Below are positions 56,271 through 64,000 of a stretch of DNA of 64,000 bases, in pieces. The notes under the pieces were generated by a model, which saw only the letters and a list, made by a program, of their open reading frames with translations, did no database searches and was not told the origin of the DNA. Both the position numbers and the translations under genes were made by a program. This stretch comes from a virus, in the IMG/VR virus record IMGVR_UViG_3300033153_006331, positions 6,285-70,284 of that record, one strand, 5' to 3'. Position 1 is the first letter of the stretch. Each line of letters starts with the position of its first letter.

Positions 56271-56687
56271 TCAGCCAAGCCTGCGCTTCAGCTCGCCATG
56301 CGTCCGTTCGACGAGTTCCAGCCAATCAGCGACCGGACCTTGGTACGCCGCGCCCACGTACCGCCAACTAAGCGTTCTAATCCACCGCCGGACATTCAGG
56401 CTCCGCAATTGCCGGCACAACTCCGTGAATTCAGCCGAACACTCCCCCGTCGGCACATCGAGCTTGTGCTTCAGCCACGCCTTCCGCCAGCCCCGGAACT
56501 TGGCCTTCCGTTCCTGTTTCGTAAAGTCGCCTGCCCGGAGAAACTTGAAACCATACTCCGCACATTTCCGGGAGGCGATCAGGGCTACCAGACATTCTTC
56601 CTCCAACTTGACCTCCACCGGGGCGGGAGGATTGCCGGCCAGCAAGCCCTTGTAGAACAGTCGCCGTTGTTGCTTGGTAGGGTTCAC
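56271..56687 (-). CDS. Hypothetical basic protein (probably leaderless, GTG start)
   Basis: TGGTATAAT lies 7 nt before the GTG at 56687. Confidence 0.5.
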   Translation of the reverse strand: MNPTKQQRRLFYKGLLAGNPPAPVEVKLEEECLVALIASRKCAEYGFKFLRAGDFTKQERKAKFRGWRKAWLKHKLDVPTGECSAEFTELCRQLRSLNVRRWIRTLSWRYVGAAYQGPVADWLELVERTHGELKRRLG

Positions 56688-56965
56688 GTTTGAGATTATA
56701 CCAGAGCCCTTCAAGGAACGTCTGTGGACCGTAGTAGTTCACGGCCCATAGGTGTCCGATTCCGTTTTGGTGCTGAGCGCGCAGTTGACCGGATGACCTG
56801 TTAGATATTGTCTGCAAAAAGGACCGCCCCAGAAGCCGCACCTTGCTCTGCTGGGACCTAGGTGGGCACCGTCACCGGATTTCGTGCCATTGGGTCCTCA
56901 CGATCGTTCTCGCCGCTGCCCGTGGGCCTGGCTTACCGACTCGCGATTCATTGCATCAACGGGTA

Positions 56966-57427
56966 TTAGTCTGGCAGTTTGAGCCTGTAAGCCCGATCCC
57001 GTTCGTCGGGCAGATTTGGAGCTTTCGGTTGTGTTGTTTTGTGGTGGTGGGTTACGATGATCGACCAGATTTCCATGATTTTCTCATGGGAAGTGTTCTC
57101 TTCCCCAAATGCGGCGAGGATCTCTTGCCACGTTTGGCGGAACAATTTTAGTTCGCCCGAATCCTCTATTCCAGAATTCGCTTCCCATGATGGTGCTGCT
57201 GATTGTTCTGCTGAGTCTGAATTCGGGTGGGCGGGTGGCCCGAGGCGCCGGACTAATTCGGCGGAAAGCTCGTGGGTCAACGAGTTGCTCAGCAACATGC
57301 TTACGGTGTTCTGGCCGAATTTTGCGCGGAGCCAAAAAGATGCCCATTCGCCTTCCACGACGTATTTGACCACGCTGACCTTGGCCGCATCGTCCATGAG
57401 TTGCAGTTCCGCGGGCATTTCGATCAC
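56966..57427 (-). CDS. Hypothetical protein
   Basis: 153 aa ORF. Confidence 0.45.
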   Translation of the reverse strand: MIEMPAELQLMDDAAKVSVVKYVVEGEWASFWLRAKFGQNTVSMLLSNSLTHELSAELVRRLGPPAHPNSDSAEQSAAPSWEANSGIEDSGELKLFRQTWQEILAAFGEENTSHEKIMEIWSIIVTHHHKTTQPKAPNLPDERDRAYRLKLPD

Positions 57428-57765
57428 CTCAAGGTTGGGGGTGGAAGAGGTGGACGCGCATACCGCTCAGATCGACGAGTATTATGCCATATACCGATTG
57501 CGACGAATGGCAGCAGGATGTAGCCGACGAGCACCGCGAGCCAGAACAAGCACCAGAGAACGACGAGGAGCAGGCCGGCAAGCCCCAACCCCACGGTGGC
57601 AATCGTGGCCAGAATGTCGCCCGCCCCCTGCTTTTGGGGGTCGTAGGACGCATAGATTCCAAGTGCGAGGACCGCGAAGCAGGCGAGAATAGACCCTACA
57701 AACAGGGCCCATTTTTGCCGTTGGCGTCGTTTCCGGGAGGCTATCCAGGCGCTATTAGGGAGCAT
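57424..57765 (-). CDS. Membrane protein
   Basis: Two to three hydrophobic helices. Confidence 0.6.
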   Translation of the reverse strand: MLPNSAWIASRKRRQRQKWALFVGSILACFAVLALGIYASYDPQKQGAGDILATIATVGLGLAGLLLVVLWCLFWLAVLVGYILLPFVAIGIWHNTRRSERYARPPLPPPTLR

Positions 57766-57783
57766 TTTCGCCCCCCATCAACG

Positions 57784-57821
57784 AAAAAACCCTGCCACCC
57801 GTGAGTATGCAGGTGGCAGGG
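57784..57821 (-). terminator. Rho-independent terminator
   Basis: CCCTGCCACC/GGTGGCAGGG 10-bp stem followed by T6 on the minus strand. Confidence 0.7.
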
Positions 57822-57970
57822 CCCGAAAGGAAAGAGCGACGATCGGAGCCATTACGGCTTGTATCGTTCGATGTTCGTGGTAGAATTAGGGGTGTCACGG
57901 GGGTACCTCTAGCATACCTTTGTGGCCGATCACGCTGGCACTCGTGTTGCCTTGTGATTCAAGCCCGGTC

Positions 57971-59314
57971 TCAGTCGCCGGGCTTCTTTTTTGGTTCGCC
58001 TCCAGTATACGGCTTCCGAATTTTCTGCACAACATCAATATCGGGCAGTTTTTCCCGGTGTCGCATCTGCTCGGTCGCGGTCATCAATTCGACGGCCCGC
58101 TCCAGCAGGTCCGGCAGGTAAAGGGCAAGTTCCTGGGTCTCAAGGCAATACGTGGCCACCCAAGCTCCTCTCCATTGGCATTGGTAGAGCATTTGGCCAC
58201 GTTCTAGGAAGACGACATCGACCGGGACTTCCGCCGAATAGATCAATTGGGAGGCGTGGCCCCAATGGCGTACGTTGCGGAGCCATTTGGCCGTGACGGC
58301 GTGCCGGTGCTGGTCTGCTACCCGCTTTGGCGTGATGATTCGTTCCATTATCCAGGCACCTCGGAGTTGAATCTTTCAGCCAGCCGCTTCCGCTCTGGAG
58401 TTACCCACGCTTTTGGCTCTTGAAATATCGGCCGCCGAGTGGCGTCCATTTTGGCCAACATCAAAGCATCACGCACCTCCTCCGCTGTATCTCCGACGAA
58501 TCCCGCCGGATGGTCTCCCATCATTGTTTCGCGGCCCTTGGCATCGTAATGGACCTCGTGGAGGCCGTAGCCACAGCCGCAACCATACTTCACGATGCGA
58601 TAATTCCAACTCATTGATCGTCCTCGAAAGCTCTGGTCGCGGGGCCTTCAGTCACTTCCAGTTCGTTCCGCCCCTTCCGAGCGACTCGCAGCTGCCCCGT
58701 TTTCAGCCGGTGCGTCAAGCGTGCAATCTCTTCCGGTGTCGGCGAATACCGGACGTTCCAGTCTCGCATCTCATCCTCCCTTGATAGTCCTTCTTCTAAC
58801 ATGGCTTTCGTTCGGTTAGTGCTTCGAGTGTTCGGGAGGGCTTTTAGTGTACCATTGAGTATTTGCACCTTCGATATATCGGAAGAAATCGTGAAGACCC
58901 AGTTCCGGATAATATGCGAGGCTCCACAATCCCCAGCAGATTCGCCATGTGCGTTTGTCTCGCCACAAGCCGGTAAACCAGGCTGGCCTCCAGTTGAACC
59001 GCCTGCCGGTTCCATGGCGACGCCAATCTTGCTCAAACGTGAGTACCATTTTCTTTGGGCTCCGGCAGAAACGCCCCGTATAATATCGCCAGACGGACCC
59101 GGCGGGATTAACGGTCGTAGAACTCCTGGGTCCACTCCATCGCTCCCCTTCTTACTTGCTCCGTGGGGCATGTTTTGCAAGCGTTTACACATGCAACTAC
59201 ACGTTCAAGATTGGCGATATTGGCGTAGATATCGACGATCTTGCCGTTTGCATCCTCAATAAATCGGCCGCCCTGTTCGACGGCTTTCCAGGGCACAGGT
59301 GAGTGTTCAGGCAT
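57971..59314 (-). other. Cluster of short accessory ORFs
   Basis: 57971-58348, 58348-58614 (MSWNYRIV...YGLHEVHYD), 58816-59049 and 59108-59314. Confidence 0.55.
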
Positions 59315-59708
59315 TTTTCGGCTCCGGCAAAAAGGCTCCATAGAGAATCGCCAGACGGACCCAATCGGTGTTGCTGCGGTCCGTCTTCCACTTGGCGTAC
59401 ATTATACCAGATAGATTCCCGTGAACCTTCCCGTGGCAGCCGTGGTATCCATTGCACAGCATTATCAGGTTACAGGGTTCGTCCGATCGGCCGCCACCAC
59501 CGATGATGTGGTGCAGCTCGGCCTTGACGCCGTATTCCGACAAGTCCCGGCCGCACCATTGGCATAAATCATGTTGCCATCCATAGGATTTGAGGGCGGA
59601 TAGCCTGCGGACAATCTCCCGTGGCGGGAAATCGGCGGCCCGTGCCGGGAGATGGTCTCGGTAGTCAGCGAACGCAACGCTATTGCCGTCAATCAGATCG
59701 TTTTTCAT
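59307..59708 (-). CDS. HNH endonuclease
   Basis: CQWCG...ELHHII...DEPCNLIMLC..CHGKVH. Confidence 0.8.
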   Translation of the reverse strand: MKNDLIDGNSVAFADYRDHLPARAADFPPREIVRRLSALKSYGWQHDLCQWCGRDLSEYGVKAELHHIIGGGGRSDEPCNLIMLCNGYHGCHGKVHGNLSGIMYAKWKTDRSNTDWVRLAILYGAFLPEPKNA

Positions 59709-59720
59709 GTTCCACTGCGA

Positions 59721-60955
59721 TCATTTCGCTCCGAGCGATAGTGACTTCTCCCGGATCATAGTCAGGCAGTCCCGGACGTAAGCGCTCCGATTCTCGAAAG
59801 TCGGCGTGTCTATCGCCTGGACGGCGAGTGCCGCCAACTCCTCGATTGCCCGGATGTAATGCTCCCGCTTCTCACGCCGGCTGAGGATGGCAGCCCGGGC
59901 CCGCCTGATTCGTCTATTTTTCAGGATTGGCATTGTCGCTCCCTTTCGCATCGCGGGCAGCAGGTCGCCCTGGAGCTATGAGTATACCACGCCAGGCAGA
60001 GCGGGCAGGTCTGCGGCTCCGGTTCGCGACGACCGGCCCGGTGGATGGCCGTGAATTCGGTCACGCCCCAATCCGGTGGGCCGGCCCGGAATATCCTGGC
60101 CTGGCCGATTTCCTGGGTGTCCGACCGTCGATAGTTCACGAGCACGTAATCGCCGCAGTCGAGTGACGATAATACTTGGGCAGCGAATGTCTCTACGCAA
60201 AAGGGCTCGTCGGAGACTGTTTCGACTCGCACCTCATCCCCTTTTGCGACGTCGGGATCGTACGCCTCTGGAGGCAATCCGGCGTCTCGGTTCTGCCGAG
60301 CCCTACGTTGGGCTCGGGTCATCACTGGCAGCATTGCATCATTCTCCCCTGTAATCTGAGATCAGTTCGTCGATTTCCGTTCTCAACTCAGCTATCTCGG
60401 CTGCCGCTTTGTCGATGGCCGCCTTGTGGGCGTCCAGGTCCTTCGCATATTCGGTGAGGGACTGTTGGATGTGCTCCAACCGGTCGGGCTCACCGCTCGG
60501 CGGAGTCCAACCGCAAAACGGGCAGCAATAACCGCCTTGGTAGCTGGTTGCGGACTGATGGTCAGGCCGGCAGGACGGACATCCTTCACGTTTGACCATG
60601 ATCGACTCCTTCCCTGGAGAATATCTTGGCCAGCGTCGCGTACAAGTCTCTGGCTACCTCTGGCGTGAGGTAGCCACTAAGCATCGGCTGGCCGACAAAG
60701 TGGATACCGACAAATGGCTCCGCGTCCTTTCCGTCCAGACAATCGTTTACCACAATGCTCCCCACGTTGCTTGCAGTTACACGAGCGAGCCTTCCGTCTC
60801 GATAGTCCATGTTTACAATACAAGCCATAACTTGTTCCTTCCCGCCGATTTCTCGGCAATTCTTATGGGTGCATCCCGCAACAAATGACCGTAGCCAACA
60901 CCGCCGCTGAGACGATGAGCAGCAGAATTCCGATGATTGTGTGGATAGTGTTCAT
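59721..60955 (-). other. Cluster of short accessory ORFs
   Basis: 59721-59933, 59921-60334, 60339-60599 and 60586-60828. Confidence 0.5.
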
Positions 60956-62973
60956 TGCGTCCCTTTCGCTTCGCGGACACCAGCCGCGCGACTCAAATCT
61001 CCCGGCAACTGGCGTCGATACCTGGTACAGAGTTTCAGGCCAAGCGCGGCCTGCCGTTTCGTGATCGTCGGCCGCGCGGCCAGCGACTTCCCGAGCCGGG
61101 CGTCCACCTTGGAAAAGCCAGCCCCATCCCGTGCCCGTGCCCCATCGCAATTCGTCAACAGAATCGCAAGGCATTTATGGATGGCCGCTTGCTGAGAGTC
61201 GCTGATGTGCTCCGCGGCTTCCGCGATCTCATTTCGGCCGATCATCACGGTACTCGGCCTCTCGCGTGTTGGGGCCACCGGCTCAACATCCGTCTGATCG
61301 TCCAGGGCAGCGTCAAGGACAGCCTGCTTTTTGACAATAGCGTGGGCCATGGTGGCGTCCAGGCTGCCATCCACTACCAAATGCTGGACGAGTACCGAGT
61401 CAGTTTGCCCGATCCGATGGCACCTATCCTCGGCTTGCGAGCATCCGGCTGGCGTCCAGTCGAGTTCCGCGAATACAACGTGGCTGGACCGGGTGAGCGT
61501 GATTCCGACGCCGGCCGCCTGGATGTTCCCCAAAAACAGATCGGACTTCCCGGCCTGGAAATCGTCAACTGCCTTCTGGCGGTCCGCCAACTTGGTCTCC
61601 CCAGTGATCGAGACGGCAGACGGAAACGCCTCGCCCAACGCCGCGATCACGTCCTTGTGCCACGCGAAACACACGACCGGCTGGCCGCCCTCCAGAATCG
61701 TCGTCAGGTGCTCGATAACGGGCGGCACTTTGGACACGGCCAGATCGTGGCGGGCCCGAGCCATCTCACCGAACGCGATGCCAGATGCCTTCCTGAGTGC
61801 GGCCACGGCCGCCTTGTACTCCCCGGGATCGTCGGATGCCTTGGCCAACTCGACCCCCGCCTGGAGTTCGGCCAGGCTATCCTCGTGTTGAGCAGCCGCC
61901 CTGGCTTCGGCTTTGACGGCCGCCGAGCATCCATTCTGGGGCAATTCGATCACCTGCCTACGTTTGGCTGGCAGGTCGGTCAACACGTCGGCTTTAAGCC
62001 GCCGGACCATAAACTTCTCCCGCAACTTGCGCTGGAGTTCGGGAAGGTTGCTGGCTCCCGTGAAATCCCATCCGTAGGAATTGCGGTGGGCATTGCAATA
62101 CCGTTTGGCATAGGCGAAAAAGTTCCGGCCCAATCCCTTGGGGTCCGCGTGCTGGAGGAATGAGAATAGTTCGATCGGCCGGTTGACCATCGGCGTACCC
62201 GTGAGGCACAGTGTTCGGGCCGCGTTGATTCCGGGCGACTTCCGGTTCCCGTAGATTGCCCGGGTCCGTTGGGCCTTCTGGTTCTTTAGATAGTGGGCCT
62301 CGTCAACAATCATCAAATCGAATTCGCCCCGGGCGTCCAGCCGCGTCCGATGTTTTTTGACGATATCGTAATTGACGATCAGCACGTCGGCGGCATCGGC
62401 ACCAGACTTCTCCCAATCGTCCGCCTTGCCGCCCTGGACCACAGCAATCTTCATTGGCCGGACAAGCCACTTGGCCAATTCCCGTTGCCAGTTGAGCCGC
62501 AGGGATGCCGGGCAAATCACGAGTATCTGACCGATTTCAGGCGAGTTGTTGATGATTCCTATTGCCTGAATTGTTTTGCCTAATCCCATTTCGTCGCAGA
62601 TGGCACAACGCGCTTTTCCGGCAACGTAAGCTATCCCGGCACGTTGGAATGGCATATACTCCAGCCCCTCCGGGCAAGGAATGTCTATGTCGGCATCCGT
62701 AGCCCGAGACGCCTCTTGGACTGCCTCGATGTTCTCGGCCTCTTCCTTGGCGATCGGCTGCCACCAGCAGGCTTCCCACTCGCCGGTCTGCCGGTCCTTG
62801 CCAAGAGAGATGCCGGCATCTCTCAGCGTTTGCTTGTCCGACTTCCAGGCCGCCCAGAACTCTTCGTTCGGCTTGGCACTCCGGAGGTTCCGGGGTCCGT
62901 ACTTGGTCTCGACTCGCCGGGATTCCGACCAGTGGACCAATTCGGCGACTCTGATTTCAGTGTCATTCATCAT
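60952..62973 (-). CDS. SNF2-family helicase (SMARCAL1/HARP-like)
   Basis: DEMGLGKTIQ, DEAH, LTGTP, AAGVGITLT, QAEDRCHRIGQ. Confidence 0.95.
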   Translation of the reverse strand: MMNDTEIRVAELVHWSESRRVETKYGPRNLRSAKPNEEFWAAWKSDKQTLRDAGISLGKDRQTGEWEACWWQPIAKEEAENIEAVQEASRATDADIDIPCPEGLEYMPFQRAGIAYVAGKARCAICDEMGLGKTIQAIGIINNSPEIGQILVICPASLRLNWQRELAKWLVRPMKIAVVQGGKADDWEKSGADAADVLIVNYDIVKKHRTRLDARGEFDLMIVDEAHYLKNQKAQRTRAIYGNRKSPGINAARTLCLTGTPMVNRPIELFSFLQHADPKGLGRNFFAYAKRYCNAHRNSYGWDFTGASNLPELQRKLREKFMVRRLKADVLTDLPAKRRQVIELPQNGCSAAVKAEARAAAQHEDSLAELQAGVELAKASDDPGEYKAAVAALRKASGIAFGEMARARHDLAVSKVPPVIEHLTTILEGGQPVVCFAWHKDVIAALGEAFPSAVSITGETKLADRQKAVDDFQAGKSDLFLGNIQAAGVGITLTRSSHVVFAELDWTPAGCSQAEDRCHRIGQTDSVLVQHLVVDGSLDATMAHAIVKKQAVLDAALDDQTDVEPVAPTRERPSTVMIGRNEIAEAAEHISDSQQAAIHKCLAILLTNCDGARARDGAGFSKVDARLGKSLAARPTITKRQAALGLKLCTRYRRQLPGDLSRAAGVREAKGTQ

Positions 62974-63334
62974 AGAGAAAGTCCTGCCGTAATGCTGTTA
63001 TGCGATCCGTGAGCTTGGCGGTCTGTCGGATGAGTCGCTCGATTTCCTCGCGAGCCCACATTGCATCCAGCCAATCGGCCTTGTCCCGAATCCAGTCAAT
63101 GATTTTGCGATTTTCCTCCCGCGAGGTGGACAGGAGATATCCCTCTATTCTCAAAGAGATCAGTTCCGTTACCTCGCTCGGCGGCATGTCGTCAATGTCC
63201 GGCTCCTCGCCGTCAGCCCATATTGCACTCAGATTCGTGCTGGGAGCATCCGGTGGCAGCGTTATGCAAATCATGCACTCTTTTGCGGTTGGATGACAGA
63301 AGTCATAACAGCCTACGTTCTTCGTTATCATCAT
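62963..63334 (-). CDS. Hypothetical protein
   Basis: 123 aa, GAAGGA RBS. Confidence 0.55.
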   Translation of the reverse strand: MMITKNVGCYDFCHPTAKECMICITLPPDAPSTNLSAIWADGEEPDIDDMPPSEVTELISLRIEGYLLSTSREENRKIIDWIRDKADWLDAMWAREEIERLIRQTAKLTDRITALRQDFLYDE

Positions 63335-63415
63335 CGTCCTTCACCTTTTCGACAAAACTCCCCGCCAGCCACGGCCGCGACAAGCGGCCATGGCCGACGG
63401 CGGAGCCCAAGATAG

Positions 63416-64000
63416 TTACAGTTTAGTCCCATCGGCCCGGCGGCCCATGGCATCAAGCAGTAGTCTGCTGAGCTTCCGGTTGTGGGCATGCCTGGCCGTA
63501 GTCGCGCTCCGAGCTATAGCTTCCGCACGCTTGGCCGCGCTCTCGGCCGCGCTCTCAGCCGCGCTCCTGGCCGCGCTCCTGGCCGCGTTCCAGGCCGCGT
63601 TCCAGGCCGCGCTCTCGGCCGCGCTCTCGGCCACGCTCTCGGCCACGCTCCCGGCCACGCTCTCGGCCACGCTCCAGGCCGCGCTCTCGGCCACGCTCTC
63701 GGCCGCGCTCCAGGCCGCGCTCCAGGCCGCGATCGCGGCCGCGCTCCCGGCTGCGTCCAGTTCTTCGTCGGTAGCCTTACCGGCCAACCATCGCCGCTTA
63801 GTCTGCACGGCCTTCCACGATCGCGGGTCGGGCTCGCGCCCGGCCTTCCGTTCGGCGTGCAGCATATCCTCCAGACAGGAGCAGGCGAACTCATGCAGGA
63901 TGCGCGTGGCGTCCACCATGCCGAGGCATTTCCGCTCTTCGGCGCACGCCTTGTCTTTGTCCTCCAATATCTCGCCTCGTAATTCGACGAGACAGGCCAC
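63416..64000 (-). CDS. Phage protein with AAWS/AAES tetrapeptide repeats (5' end outside window)
   Basis: LHEFAC..., DPRSWKAV..KRRWL.G.ATDEEL.AA, then 12-bp tandem repeats at about 63530-63750. Confidence 0.7.
   Translation of the reverse strand: MACLVELRGEILEDKDKACAEERKCLGMVDATRILHEFACSCLEDMLHAERKAGREPDPRSWKAVQTKRRWLAGKATDEELDAAGSAAAIAAWSAAWSAAESVAESAAWSVAESVAGSVAESVAESAAESAAWNAAWNAARSAARSAAESAAESAAKRAEAIARSATTARHAHNRKLSRLLLDAMGRRADGTKL

Noticed and set aside
63530-63750. 12-bp tandem repeats as a non-coding array
   Set aside because: In-frame coding repeats (AAWS/AAES) of a common low-complexity phage protein type.

Overview
The whole 64 kb looks like part of a GC-rich tailed-phage or prophage genome. 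No bacterial housekeeping genes or integrase were recognised, and the host cannot be determined here. The left arm (+ strand) holds RusA (divergent), RecE/RecT and a large glycosyl-, sulfo- and methyltransferase/radical SAM cluster. The long minus-strand arm holds a SNF2 helicase, an HNH nuclease, LamG and glycosidase-like virion proteins, TerS, TerL with a mini-intein, a Mu gp29-like portal, protease/scaffold, capsid, tail tube, a -1 frameshifting tail chaperone, poly-Ser tail proteins, KdsB and a Maf-like transferase. The standout signal is a solo RAMP/Cas7-like gene (13240-13833) plus a winged-helix partner, interleaved with five non-coding arrays of a strict 5-nt period: a constant CGA/CGG/TGA/CAA triplet plus a variable NN, ending in a conserved CAAGACGAAACGGCT-type tail. 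Two more such arrays lie 32 kb away behind the same TGTGGTATAATG promoter. This is a candidate RNA-guided system with a non-contiguous code. Other notable signals are a four-copy tRNA-like RNA element, a likely virion O-glycosylation system, and repeated small-gene insertions flanked by duplicated gene ends. All product calls are motif-based by eye; no searches were run.
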